Source of the DNA: Candidatus Poribacteria bacterium
GTDB lineage: Bacteria; Poribacteria; WGA-4E; WGA-3G
Assembly (NCBI GenBank): GCA_963663765.2
Contig: CAXXUA010000005.1
Span: 512,001 to 576,000, forward strand
Direction of reading: 5' to 3'
DNA length: 64,000 nt
This document shows positions 10,268 through 21,323 of the stretch, piece after piece (the stretch's first letter is position 1; each line of letters begins with the position of its first letter). Made by a program: the position numbers and the translations under genes. A model generated the notes under the pieces. It was given only the letters and a program-made list of their open reading frames with translations, did no database searches and had not been told where the DNA came from.

Positions 10268-11716
10268 ATGCCAAACAACCAACCAAATATCCTCTTAATC
10301 ACAACTGACCAACAACGCGGCGACTGTCTGGGAATTGATCCCGACGGTCCCGATTGCCTTCAAACACCAAACCTTGACTGGATCGGCAGCAGTGGCACGC
10401 ACTTCCGACGTGGATACGCGGAGTGTCCAAGTTGTATCCCCGCGCGCCGCGGTATCATGACAGGCACTGCACCTGCAGCCAATGGAATGGTTGGATATAC
10501 AGGCGCACAGTGGAATCCACCACATACCCTGGCTGGTGAATTATCCAAAGCAGGATATCAAACCGAGATGATTGGCAAACTACATCTCAGTCCGCCGCGT
10601 AAGCGATACGGTTTCGATCACCTACAGTTGTCTGATACCACCCACGGAACTGCTAACAACGACTATGTAGAATGGTTACAGCAATACCACCACCGCAATG
10701 ACTATGATCCGGGCATGGCACACGGAGTTTCTGCTAACGGATGGGTAGGTCGTCCACACCATCTACCCGAAGAGCAGATGCACACGTTCTGGTGTGTCGA
10801 CCGAGCGCTTAAGTTCATTCGAAAACGCGATCCTTCAGTGCCGTATTTCCTCAACCTCTCCTTTATAGACCCACATCCGCCGCTAACACCACCAGCACAC
10901 TACTATCAACGCTACATCCAGCGGAAACTCCCATCTCCCGCTTTCGGTGTATGGTCTTTAAACCATGATCTGGCTGAGAAGGGACACAATCCAAATGCTT
11001 GGGAGATAAACCTTGACAGACACGACATGCAATGTGCCCGCGCTGCATATTACGGAATGATCAATTTCATTGACGATCAGGTTGGTCGGTTGCTGCAAAA
11101 CGTTGGTGGTTTGAATGACTGTCTCGTTATTTTCACTTCGGACCATGGTGAAATGCTGGGTGACCACAATATGTTCCGTAAAACCTTTCCTTACGAAGCC
11201 AGTGCAAGAGTGCCTTTTCTCGTTCGCACACCAGCCCGATGGGGTTATCCCAAAGCGAACATCAACTATTCCCCTGTCGGTTTACAGGACATCATGCCGA
11301 CTCTTCTTGACGCTGCAAACATTGAGATTCCCAGTACATGCACCGGTAAAAGTCTACTACCTATCATGCGTGGTGATACCGAACGCGTGCGGGATTGTCT
11401 ACACGGAGAGCACTCTGGTTGTTATAATAATAAGCATGGCAACCACTATATTACTGATGGACACCACAAATACATCTGGTATTCCCAAACAGGCAGAGAA
11501 CATCTCTTCAATCTGCAAGATGACCCGCACGAAACAGTTGATTTAGCAAGCGAAAACGATGCTGAAACGCAACTAACGCCTTGGAGAAATAGACTTATTG
11601 AGTTCCTACGTGACCGACCTGAAGGTTTTACTGATGGCGAAAGACTCATCGTAGGACAACCGCACAAGGCACTGCTCCCGGGTTATCAACCCGATGCAAC
11701 TTATCCTTATCTGTAA
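10268..11716 (+). CDS. Cys-type sulfatase (choline/aryl-sulfatase-like)
   Basis: PNILLITTDQ, CIPAR (CxPxR), GKLH and SDHGE motifs. Confidence 0.93.
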   Translation: MPNNQPNILLITTDQQRGDCLGIDPDGPDCLQTPNLDWIGSSGTHFRRGYAECPSCIPARRGIMTGTAPAANGMVGYTGAQWNPPHTLAGELSKAGYQTEMIGKLHLSPPRKRYGFDHLQLSDTTHGTANNDYVEWLQQYHHRNDYDPGMAHGVSANGWVGRPHHLPEEQMHTFWCVDRALKFIRKRDPSVPYFLNLSFIDPHPPLTPPAHYYQRYIQRKLPSPAFGVWSLNHDLAEKGHNPNAWEINLDRHDMQCARAAYYGMINFIDDQVGRLLQNVGGLNDCLVIFTSDHGEMLGDHNMFRKTFPYEASARVPFLVRTPARWGYPKANINYSPVGLQDIMPTLLDAANIEIPSTCTGKSLLPIMRGDTERVRDCLHGEHSGCYNNKHGNHYITDGHHKYIWYSQTGREHLFNLQDDPHETVDLASENDAETQLTPWRNRLIEFLRDRPEGFTDGERLIVGQPHKALLPGYQPDATYPYL

Positions 11717-11766
11717 TAGCACATGACTGCAATACCCTATATTTTCTAACACATGAGGTAGAAACG

Positions 11767-13968
11767 ATGAAAAAACTCATTTTGTTGCTAATGTTCTATA
11801 TCCTTGTAGCACAGCATTTATACCCCGCTATTGCGCAATACGAACCCTCCACACAAATAGGTTTACCTGAAGGGGCAATTGCCCGTTTCTGCAGAGGGAG
11901 TATAAAAAAAGTAACGTATTCTCCAGATGGTACACGGCTTGCGGTTACCACGTCCATCAGTGTTTGGATTTACGATACACAGACAGGAAAAGAACTTAAA
12001 CTACTTGCAGGAAAACATACACATGTTGTCCATTCCGCTGACTATTCCCCAGATGGAAAAACTATCGCTACTGCAAGTTGGGACAATACTATACGACTAT
12101 GGGACACACGCACAGGTAAAAACACAAAAACTCTCAAAGGACATACCTACGGAATAACTTCAATAGCGTATTCCCCGGACGGTAAAACAATCGCATCCGC
12201 AAGTGCAGACAAGACTTTGCGACTTTGGAATGCACGCACAGGAAAAAATATACAAATACTTTCAGACCAAGGCGAAAATGTCTATTCAGTTATTTTCTCT
12301 CCAGATGGAGAAACAATTGGAAGTAGCGGGGGACGAAAAACAGTCCGCCTGTGGAATACACGCACATCGAATAACACCATCACATTCAAACCAAATACGT
12401 ATAGAGGATACATCTATTCCATAGCATTTTCTATGGATAGCAAGATAATCGCAATTGGGGGTATGGAAAAGTTAGAGTTATGGGATGCATCTACAGGACA
12501 ACCTATAAAAGCAATTGAAGCACATAAAGATAGAGTCTCCACTATTGCATTTTCACCAGATGGGAAAACAATCGCAACAGGGGGTGGAGACGGTATAATG
12601 CAGTTGTGGGATATAACTACTTGGCAACCTATAAGAACATATAATGCACATATAAGAAAAATATCTTCTCTTGCATTTTCACCAGATGGAAAAACAATTG
12701 TCACTGGTAGTTGGGACGGTACAATGGGGTGGTGGGAAACACATACAGGAAAAAACATAAAAATATTTACAGGATATCTCGGGGGCAATAGAATAAAGTA
12801 CTCACCAGATGAAAAAACAATTGCAATCACTGCAGGAGGTCCGGTGCATCTCTGGGATGTAACTACAGGAATGTATCTCAGAACCCTTAAAGGACATATA
12901 GGTTATACACCTGGTGTTGCTTTTTCTTCTGATGGAAATATTATAGCTACTGGAAGTGCAGACAAGACAGTGCGGTTATGGGATATACACTCTGGTGAAA
13001 CTATAAAGATACTCACTGAACATACAAACCTTGTATATACCCCTATATATTCGCCTGATGGTAATATGTTTGCAACTCGTAGTAGGGATCATACTTTACG
13101 GTTGTGGGATGCAGCCACAGGTGAAAATATAAAAACTTTTCAAAGAGGGAATGAAGGAATGAATTTCATTTTCTCACCTGATAGCACTACACTTGCTGTC
13201 GGAAATTCTGGGGGTACAGTCCTTTTGTGGGATACACGAACAAGAGAGAATGTAAACACACTCATTGGACATACAGATCTTGTCTATACTCTTTTATATA
13301 CCAATGATGGCAAGACTATTGGAACTTACAGTAGGGATAACACAGTACGGTTATGGAATGTACACACGGGGAAAAGTATCAAAACCTTCAGCACAGAAGA
13401 AAAAATTGTTGATGTTATGTCTTCACTGGAAGGTAACGTTATTGCAATTACTGTGCACAAAGAGGTAGTATCACTATGGAATGTTGCAACAGGACTACTC
13501 ATAAAGGCATTTGAAGGACATAAGAAAGGGTTTTTTGAATCTTTGGGTCGATTCTCTATTAGAAAAACTAAAAATACATTTGGGGGACCTCCAAAACACG
13601 TCCGATCAGTTAGATACTCACCGAATGGTGAATCGATTGCCGCTATCAGGAATAACGAGACTGTCCAACTATGGAATATCAACACAGGAAAACGTATTGG
13701 AAAACTGATAAAACAACTCAAAGATGATCCTTCTGAAGGCACTACTGACGTTGTATATTCTCCAGATGGAAAAACAATCGCAACTATTCAAATCAGTAAT
13801 AGTGGTGGTACGGTAAGACTCTGGGATACGACAACAGGAAAAAACATAAAAACACTCAAAGGACATGATAATTGTAGTAATTCATTTACATTTTCACCGG
13901 ACAGCAAGACAATTATCACAGCACACCAAGGCGGCACAGTGCTACTCTGGGACATCCCAACACGATAA
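11767..13968 (+). CDS. Secreted WD40-repeat protein (tandem paralog 1)
   Basis: Signal peptide, LPEGAIARF, WD40 repeats, C-terminal LWDIPTR. Confidence 0.93.
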   Translation: MKKLILLLMFYILVAQHLYPAIAQYEPSTQIGLPEGAIARFCRGSIKKVTYSPDGTRLAVTTSISVWIYDTQTGKELKLLAGKHTHVVHSADYSPDGKTIATASWDNTIRLWDTRTGKNTKTLKGHTYGITSIAYSPDGKTIASASADKTLRLWNARTGKNIQILSDQGENVYSVIFSPDGETIGSSGGRKTVRLWNTRTSNNTITFKPNTYRGYIYSIAFSMDSKIIAIGGMEKLELWDASTGQPIKAIEAHKDRVSTIAFSPDGKTIATGGGDGIMQLWDITTWQPIRTYNAHIRKISSLAFSPDGKTIVTGSWDGTMGWWETHTGKNIKIFTGYLGGNRIKYSPDEKTIAITAGGPVHLWDVTTGMYLRTLKGHIGYTPGVAFSSDGNIIATGSADKTVRLWDIHSGETIKILTEHTNLVYTPIYSPDGNMFATRSRDHTLRLWDAATGENIKTFQRGNEGMNFIFSPDSTTLAVGNSGGTVLLWDTRTRENVNTLIGHTDLVYTLLYTNDGKTIGTYSRDNTVRLWNVHTGKSIKTFSTEEKIVDVMSSLEGNVIAITVHKEVVSLWNVATGLLIKAFEGHKKGFFESLGRFSIRKTKNTFGGPPKHVRSVRYSPNGESIAAIRNNETVQLWNINTGKRIGKLIKQLKDDPSEGTTDVVYSPDGKTIATIQISNSGGTVRLWDTTTGKNIKTLKGHDNCSNSFTFSPDSKTIITAHQGGTVLLWDIPTR

Positions 13969-14214
13969 GAATTAGGCACTTGACAACATTCGCTACCAAC
14001 TGAATACTTAAAACAACACTAATTGAGATACAGGAGATTAAAATATGAAGAAACTGCTTTTTCTACTGATACTTGGAATAATCTGTTTATCATCTGTCTT
14101 CGCTCAATACGAACCTTACACGCAAAAAGGTTTACCTGAAGGTGCTATTGCCCGTTTCGGCAGAGGGAGAATAAAGGAATTAACGTATTCCCCAGACGGT
14201 ACACGGCTTGCTGT
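13930..14214 (+). repeat. About 285-bp direct repeat (gene end + intergenic + next gene start), copy 1
   Basis: Matches 16217-16501 with about 3 substitutions. Confidence 0.95.
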
Positions 14215-16255
14215 TACCACGTCCATCGGGGTTTGGATTTACGATGCGCAAACTGGAGAAGAACTTGACCTTATTACAAGAAAACATGTAGATAGTAGCA
14301 ATACTATTGTGTTTTCCCCAGACCATAAGAGAGTCATAACCGCCGATTGGTGGAGTACAAAAGCACGATTATGGGACACACAGACGGGTAAACCTATAAA
14401 AACACTCACTGGACATAAAGGTCAAATTAATACTATTGTGTTTTCCCCTGATAGCAAAACAATCGCAACGGTAAGTGATGACAAAACAATTCGGTTGTGG
14501 AATGCACGGACAGGGAAAAATATACAAACACTTACAGGACATACTAAATCTGTCAATTCAGTTAGATTTTCACCAGATGGAAAAACAATCGCTGCGGCGA
14601 GTGAAGATAAAACGACAAAACTGTGGAATGTGCATACAGGAAAACTAATAAATACATATTCTGTGTTTCTACGTCCAATGGCGTTTTCACCGGATGGGAA
14701 AACATTGATTGGAATTAGTGAAACTCACAGTAGTACCCGGGGCGTGCAGCTTGTAGTACAGATGCGGAATGTGGCCACAGGAGAAACTACAAAAACATTC
14801 TCTTGGCGCAATATCGTTTATTCTGTTGCGTTTTCACCAGATAGAAAAACAATCGCTGCTGGAGGTCTTGATGGTACGATAAGGTTATGGGATGCAACTA
14901 CTGGACAAGCCATAAATACTTTTAAAGGACATAAGGCTATAGTCAATAACGTTATGTTTTCACCAGATGGAAAAACAATCGCCACTGCAAGCCGTAGCAC
15001 AATGCGATGGTGGGATGCACACACCGGTGATAACATAAAAACCTTTACAGACTATTCAGGTGGCACTCATGATACTGCAATTTCACCAGATGGAAAAACA
15101 ATCGCTATAGGCAAATTCATGAAAGAAGTATGGCTGCGAGATATAACTACAGGAAAACACCTAAAAACCTTTGATGGACATACAGGTTATATTTCTTCAG
15201 TAATGTTTTCACCAAAAGGAAGTACACTATTAGTTAACAGTAATGATAAAAAGGTATGGCTGTGGAATGTATCCACTGGAGAAAATCTATTAACACTCAA
15301 AGGAGACATATATGATATTAAATTTGGTATGTTTTCTCCAGATGGACAAGCGATCGTAACTTACTGTAGCGACAATACACTACGACTGTGGGACACAGAA
15401 ACAGGACAACACCAAAAAACATTTGAAACTGACAAATACCATCGCTCAGGATGGTATGCGTATGCACCTGATGGTGTTAATCTATTAGTTAACTGTAATG
15501 ACAAAACGGTACGAATGTGGAATTTGACAACCGGAGAAAACACCGTAACACTTAAAGGGGATACTTACAATGTTAGGTATGGTTTGCTTTCACCGGATGG
15601 TAAAATAATCGCAACGAGTTGTAGCGATTACACCATACGCCTGTGGGATTCAAATACAGGAAAACACTTAAATACACTCAAAACCTCTACGGCAACAACT
15701 TCTGCAGTGGCATTTTCACCGGATAGCAAAACACTCGCAATTGCTACCCCTTGGGATAAATCACCTTGGCTATGGGACGTTGCCACAGGAGAATATATAA
15801 AAACATTTGAAGCACATCGGCAAGAAATCACCAAATCTATTGCCAAATTATGGGAATCTAAAAAACATAAGGTGCCAGATGATTATATTCGTTCTATTCA
15901 ATATTCACCTGATGGTAAAACGATCGCAGTTTTCAAGGAAAACGATATGGTACTGTTGTGGAATGCTACCACAGGAAAACCTATAGGAAAACCCATAAAA
16001 CCGCAAAAAGGTGTCCCATCTGATTTTCATACTGAACTACTTTTTTCACCTGATGGTAAAACACTCGCTACAAGACCAGTTGGCAATTTTGGTGGGACAG
16101 TAAGATTGTGGGATGCTGCAACGGGGAAGCACATAAAAACACTCAAAGAAAGTACATACTGTGCCAATCCTGCTGTTTTCACACCCGACAGTAAAATGAT
16201 CGCAACAAGCCATTGGGGCGGCACAGTGCTACTCTGGGACATCCCCACACGTTAA
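14045..16255 (+). CDS. Secreted WD40-repeat protein (tandem paralog 2)
   Basis: Same architecture as paralog 1; N-terminus nearly identical to paralog 3. Confidence 0.93.
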   Translation: MKKLLFLLILGIICLSSVFAQYEPYTQKGLPEGAIARFGRGRIKELTYSPDGTRLAVTTSIGVWIYDAQTGEELDLITRKHVDSSNTIVFSPDHKRVITADWWSTKARLWDTQTGKPIKTLTGHKGQINTIVFSPDSKTIATVSDDKTIRLWNARTGKNIQTLTGHTKSVNSVRFSPDGKTIAAASEDKTTKLWNVHTGKLINTYSVFLRPMAFSPDGKTLIGISETHSSTRGVQLVVQMRNVATGETTKTFSWRNIVYSVAFSPDRKTIAAGGLDGTIRLWDATTGQAINTFKGHKAIVNNVMFSPDGKTIATASRSTMRWWDAHTGDNIKTFTDYSGGTHDTAISPDGKTIAIGKFMKEVWLRDITTGKHLKTFDGHTGYISSVMFSPKGSTLLVNSNDKKVWLWNVSTGENLLTLKGDIYDIKFGMFSPDGQAIVTYCSDNTLRLWDTETGQHQKTFETDKYHRSGWYAYAPDGVNLLVNCNDKTVRMWNLTTGENTVTLKGDTYNVRYGLLSPDGKIIATSCSDYTIRLWDSNTGKHLNTLKTSTATTSAVAFSPDSKTLAIATPWDKSPWLWDVATGEYIKTFEAHRQEITKSIAKLWESKKHKVPDDYIRSIQYSPDGKTIAVFKENDMVLLWNATTGKPIGKPIKPQKGVPSDFHTELLFSPDGKTLATRPVGNFGGTVRLWDAATGKHIKTLKESTYCANPAVFTPDSKMIATSHWGGTVLLWDIPTR

Positions 16256-16501
16256 GAATTAGGCACTTGACAACATTCGCTACCAACTGAATACTTAAAA
16301 CAACACTAATTGAGATACAGGAGATTAAAATATGAAGAAACTGCTTTTTCTACTGATACTTGGAATAATCTGTTTATCATCTGTCTTCGCTCAATACGAA
16401 CCTTACACGCAAAAAGGTTTACCTGAAGGTGCTATTGCCCGTTTCGGCAGAGGGAGAATAAAGGAATTAATGTATTCCCCAGACGGTACACGGCTTGCTG
16501 T
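16217..16501 (+). repeat. About 285-bp direct repeat, copy 2
   Basis: Matches 13930-14214 at an offset of 2287. Confidence 0.95.
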
Positions 16502-18602
16502 CATCACATCCATCGGTGTTTGGATTTACGATACACAAACTGGAGAAGAACTTGATCTGATAGCAGGAGAACATGAAGACAGAGTTTATGATGCTGCTTA
16601 TGCACCTGATAGCAAGAATATCGCGACTGTGGGGAAGGACAAAACGGTACGACTATGGGAAGTTCACACAGGACAACTCCTAAAAACGCTCAATGGACAT
16701 AAGGACGAGGTCCTGTCTGTTGCATATTCACCTGATGGTCAGACACTGGCAAGTGGTGGTTCAGACAATACTATCCGAATCTGGAATGCAAATACAGGAC
16801 AACTCCTAAAAACGCTCATTGGACATAAGAAAGGAGTTTTGTCTGTTGCGTATTCACTAGATAGTGAAACAATTGTAAGTAGCAGTAGTGATGACACAAT
16901 CCGATTTTGGGATGTAGCAAAGGGGCAATTGAAGAATATAGTTCAGGGATATCGGGCTTTGATTTCCTATTCTCCAGATGGTAAGACACTTCTTGTAGTA
17001 GCAGATACTGATAGCAGCAATTCATTCTTAATAAAATCAAAAGATTCAGAAGGTAAAACGGACACAGAAATAATTCCGATTATGACACTTGATACTATTT
17101 ATACTATACACATGTTGAATGCAGTCACAGGAGAACAGATAAATATAATATCATCATTAAATTATGTTAATTGTTTTTCGTATTCCCCAGATGGAAAAAC
17201 AATCGCTATTAGTGATGGAGAAAGGTTTGGACTTTGGGATGCGACTACTGGAAAACACCTAACAACTCTTATTGAGGATAAGATTAAAGCTGTTGCGTAT
17301 TCACCCGATGGAAAAACTATTGCTACTGTCAGTGGTAACACAATTCAATGGTGGAATGCTCAAACAGGAAAAAGCATAAAAACATTTCCATGGTCCACTT
17401 ATTATTCTTATGCAATTAGATTATCACCTGATGGCAAAACAATCGCAATATTACATGGTAATTCAATTTGTCTATGCAATGCGGAATCTGGAAAGTATCT
17501 AACCACAATTACAGGTCATAAGAGGTCTATTTCTGGCTTCGCGTTTTCGCCGGATAGCAAAACTATTGCAACTGGAGGTGGAGACGGGACAGCACGGTTA
17601 TGGAACGCAAATACGGGTGAAAATATACATATAATCAATTTCCCTACAGATCCTCGCAATGAACCCATTAGCATTGATCCCCCGAAGTATTCGCCTGATG
17701 GTAAATCACTTGCAATTCGCAGTAAAGACAATACGGTGTTTTTATGGGATATGCAATTGGAATACATTATAAAAACTATTCCAGGAAAGCATTACCACAC
17801 AAAACAATTTGTTTTTTCTCATAATGGAAAAATACTTGCGACAAGGTCTAAGACTGAGGCAGTTCATTTATGGAATACGAAAACTGGACAATACATAAAC
17901 ACACTCACAGGACTTGTTCATTTCATTACATTTTCACCAGATGGAAATATACTTGCAACCTCTTTGAATAATTGGGTGGAATTATGGAGTATAAACACAG
18001 GAGAAAATCTAAGTAAACTCTTCATACCTAATGCATGTAACACTAAAATTATGTATGCAGAAAACGGCAATCCATTCACAATTACTATCCATCAAAATGA
18101 ATCGGTATCACTTTGGGATCTAACAACAGGAGAGCACATTCAAGCATTTGAGGGAGACATGAATGAGACACTTGCATCATTAGGTCGTTCTTTTCTGAGA
18201 ATGGCAAATAAGGATACACTAGCAAGTGTGAACAATCAGATAATAGTTTCACCTACACAAGATACGTTCGTGACTGTTGTTAATCACAACCCTGTTAGAC
18301 TTTGGAATATTACGACAAGAAAACAAATAGGAAAATCAATAATACCCCTCAAAGGTGAGAAAAGTTATACAATAGTTCAATATTCCCCAGATGGTAAAAC
18401 AATCGCCACTATTCCAGTTGGTACTAATCAGCAAGGTGGTACGGTGCGATTGTGGGATGTAGCCTCAGGTGAACATCTAAAGACACTCAAGGGACATTCA
18501 AATTGCGATTATAATTCAGTAGCGTATTTCCCGGATAGCAAAACAATCGCAACTGGACATGATGATGGTACGGTAATACTCTGGGACATCCCCACACGAT
18601 AA
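16332..18602 (+). CDS. Secreted WD40-repeat protein (tandem paralog 3)
   Basis: Signal peptide, WD40 repeats, C-terminal LWDIPTR. Confidence 0.93.
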   Translation: MKKLLFLLILGIICLSSVFAQYEPYTQKGLPEGAIARFGRGRIKELMYSPDGTRLAVITSIGVWIYDTQTGEELDLIAGEHEDRVYDAAYAPDSKNIATVGKDKTVRLWEVHTGQLLKTLNGHKDEVLSVAYSPDGQTLASGGSDNTIRIWNANTGQLLKTLIGHKKGVLSVAYSLDSETIVSSSSDDTIRFWDVAKGQLKNIVQGYRALISYSPDGKTLLVVADTDSSNSFLIKSKDSEGKTDTEIIPIMTLDTIYTIHMLNAVTGEQINIISSLNYVNCFSYSPDGKTIAISDGERFGLWDATTGKHLTTLIEDKIKAVAYSPDGKTIATVSGNTIQWWNAQTGKSIKTFPWSTYYSYAIRLSPDGKTIAILHGNSICLCNAESGKYLTTITGHKRSISGFAFSPDSKTIATGGGDGTARLWNANTGENIHIINFPTDPRNEPISIDPPKYSPDGKSLAIRSKDNTVFLWDMQLEYIIKTIPGKHYHTKQFVFSHNGKILATRSKTEAVHLWNTKTGQYINTLTGLVHFITFSPDGNILATSLNNWVELWSINTGENLSKLFIPNACNTKIMYAENGNPFTITIHQNESVSLWDLTTGEHIQAFEGDMNETLASLGRSFLRMANKDTLASVNNQIIVSPTQDTFVTVVNHNPVRLWNITTRKQIGKSIIPLKGEKSYTIVQYSPDGKTIATIPVGTNQQGGTVRLWDVASGEHLKTLKGHSNCDYNSVAYFPDSKTIATGHDDGTVILWDIPTR

Positions 18603-18632
18603 TTCTTACGCACACGAACTAACGGAGTACGC

Positions 18633-19424
18633 ATGAAACAAGTTGCTGTGATTACAGGCGCAGCAAGTGGCATCGGGCGCGGGCTTGCAGAACGATTCGC
18701 TACAGAAGGATTTGCAGTTGTTCTTGCAGATATTGAAGAAGAACCGTTAACCAAACTTGAAACAGACCTACGCGCGGAAGGTGCAACTGTGCTCGCAATC
18801 CACACAGATGTTTCAAATGCTGCTGATGTAGAAAACCTCGCAGTACAAACTTATGACACTTTTGGTGCAGCACATATACTCTGCAACAATGCAGGTGTCG
18901 TTTGTAGTCGTCCTATATGGGAACACACACTCGCTGATTGGGAATGGGTGTTAGGCGTTAACCTCTGGGGTGCAATTCACGGTATTCACACCTTTGTTCC
19001 ACGCATGCTTTCACAAGAAACCGAATGTCATATTGTCAACACCGCTTCAATTCTCGGTCTGATACGAGGTCCAGGTGAAGGCATCTATAAAGTCAGTAAA
19101 CACGGTGTCGTCGCCCTTTCCGAAACCCTTGCAGACGAGTTAGCACAAATGAACTCCAAAATTCAGGTGCATGTGTTGTGTCCCGGTTGGGTACGCACAG
19201 GTATTTTAACCTCTGCCCGAAACCGTCCAGATACTGAATCACTCCCCGACATTCAGAATACTATCACCTCTCAAACCGTTCGCTCAGAAATGGAAACAGG
19301 TATATCCCCTGCCGAAGTCGCTGATCATGTCTACAACGCTATTCAGACAGGTACATTCTATATTCACACGCATCCAGAACACAAAGATTGGGTTCGCGCA
19401 CGTATGGAAGATATTCTTAAATAA
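18633..19424 (+). CDS. Short-chain dehydrogenase/reductase
   Basis: TGAASGIG, NNAG and YKVSK (YxxxK) motifs. Confidence 0.95.
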   Translation: MKQVAVITGAASGIGRGLAERFATEGFAVVLADIEEEPLTKLETDLRAEGATVLAIHTDVSNAADVENLAVQTYDTFGAAHILCNNAGVVCSRPIWEHTLADWEWVLGVNLWGAIHGIHTFVPRMLSQETECHIVNTASILGLIRGPGEGIYKVSKHGVVALSETLADELAQMNSKIQVHVLCPGWVRTGILTSARNRPDTESLPDIQNTITSQTVRSEMETGISPAEVADHVYNAIQTGTFYIHTHPEHKDWVRARMEDILK

Positions 19425-19498
19425 GGTTGACACAATTCCACTTATTATGTTATAAAATAAAACATAAACCACACCGACAGCACCACAAGGAGACCAAC

Positions 19499-21319
19499 AT
19501 GAATAAATTACATACTTTCTGGAAGACACTTACACCCCTGATGATATTGACCTTCATTCTTGTTCTACCCCTCTCTGCTGAGGAACAAACCGAAGATGAA
19601 GCAGCACCACTCACTAAAAACTATGTTGAATTCACACTCGGTGGCACATACTCCGACATCAAAGAGATGAGTTTATTCGGCACAGCATCAACAAAAACAC
19701 TGCGCGGACTCTTCAAAAAATTGGACGAACTGAAAAATGACGATGAAGTCTCAGGCATTATCTTCAAAATCGGAAATATCGGTATAGGATGGGCAAACCT
19801 TCAAGAAATTAGAGAAAAACTAAACGAATTTCAAGATACTGATAAAGAGATGATCGCATATCTGGAAACCGGTGGCAACGCACAATATCTCCTCGCCACT
19901 GCTATGGACAAAATCGTACTTATGCCATCAGGGTTCCTAAACCTCATCGGCTTGCGCTCAGAAATAATGTTCTATAAAGGTCTATTTGAAAAACTGGACA
20001 TTGAAGCCGATATGCTCGCAATGGGAAAATTCAAATCAGGTGTTGAACCCTACATGCGCGACAGCATGTCAGACGCATTCCGAGAATCTATGACAGGCCT
20101 ACTGGACGACCTATATACCCAAATGTTGGAAAAAATCGCAGACGGCAGAGACGGAATTAACAAAGAACACGCAGCAAAGTTAATAGACAACGGTCCCTAC
20201 ACAGCAAAAGAAGCAAAAGAAGCAAAACTCGTTGATGAACTACAATACTACGATGAACTCATTGATACAATAAATGAAAAACCAGGCGTAAACTTAGTTG
20301 AAAATGGCACAAAAAAGAAAAGAAAAGTACCCAACTTAAATAGTGTCATTGGACTGATGCAGTTGATGAACATGCTCAACCCACAACCAAAAGCAAATGC
20401 AAAAACCGCAGAAAACCAACTCGCACTCATCTACGCAAGCGGTCCCATCGTACCCAATGTCAACTCCATCTTGCCAACAACGTCTCTGATAACACCAAAA
20501 ACCTTAAAAAAAGCGTTTGAAAAAGCACGGTCCGATGATTCTATCAAGGCAGTCGTGTTCCGTATAGATAGTCCTGGTGGTTCCGCCTTCGCTTCTGACC
20601 TGATTTGGCGGGAGGTTATGCTCACACAACGTGAAAAACCGGTCATTGTTTCTATGTCAAATTACGCTGCATCCGGTGGCTATTATATCGCTATGGCAGC
20701 AGGAACAATTGTCGCACAACCCGGCACACTCACAGGATCAATCGGCGTCTACGGCGGCAAACTCAATATGAAAGGTCTATACAACAAAGTCGGATTGACA
20801 AAAGAGATCATCGTACACGGGCAAAACGCATCGCTTTACTCCGATTACGGCAGCTTCACGCCAACAGAACGCGAACGCGTCCAAAAAATGATGAAAACTA
20901 TCTACGAAGAATTTGTCAACAAGGCAGCTGATGGTAGGAAAAAGACCTTCGCAGACATTGATGCAGTCGCACAAGGTAGAGTCTGGACAGGAAAACAAGC
21001 TAAAGAACTCGGACTCGTTGATGAACTCGGTGGACTCAATACCGCACTAACAATCGCAAAAAAACAAGCAGGTTTGAAGGAAAATGACAAATACGACATC
21101 CTCATCCTACCGGAACAGAAATCCTTGTTTGAACAAATCTTTGAGGATATACTTGATGACGAAGCAGGAATCTCAACACCATTGCCAATACAACTGGCAC
21201 AGCAGCATCCCGCACTCGCACTATTAAAAACGCATTGGCATCAGATAATAACGTGGTTGACACTCTTTGAAAAAGAACGAGTGATCACTGCACTACCTTT
21301 TCATATTGAAATTCGGTGA
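19499..21319 (+). CDS. sppA: Signal peptide peptidase SppA (67K type)
   Basis: Two S49 domains; GKFKSG, IDSPGG, AASGGYY, GRVWTG; AAGGAG ribosome-binding site before ATG 19499. Confidence 0.92.
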   Translation: MNKLHTFWKTLTPLMILTFILVLPLSAEEQTEDEAAPLTKNYVEFTLGGTYSDIKEMSLFGTASTKTLRGLFKKLDELKNDDEVSGIIFKIGNIGIGWANLQEIREKLNEFQDTDKEMIAYLETGGNAQYLLATAMDKIVLMPSGFLNLIGLRSEIMFYKGLFEKLDIEADMLAMGKFKSGVEPYMRDSMSDAFRESMTGLLDDLYTQMLEKIADGRDGINKEHAAKLIDNGPYTAKEAKEAKLVDELQYYDELIDTINEKPGVNLVENGTKKKRKVPNLNSVIGLMQLMNMLNPQPKANAKTAENQLALIYASGPIVPNVNSILPTTSLITPKTLKKAFEKARSDDSIKAVVFRIDSPGGSAFASDLIWREVMLTQREKPVIVSMSNYAASGGYYIAMAAGTIVAQPGTLTGSIGVYGGKLNMKGLYNKVGLTKEIIVHGQNASLYSDYGSFTPTERERVQKMMKTIYEEFVNKAADGRKKTFADIDAVAQGRVWTGKQAKELGLVDELGGLNTALTIAKKQAGLKENDKYDILILPEQKSLFEQIFEDILDDEAGISTPLPIQLAQQHPALALLKTHWHQIITWLTLFEKERVITALPFHIEIR

Positions 21320-21323
21320 TTTT

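Noticed and set aside
11767-18602. Diversity-generating retroelement acting on the WD40 genes
   Set aside because: No reverse transcriptase in the window, and the few repeat mismatches show no clear adenine-specific template/variable pattern.
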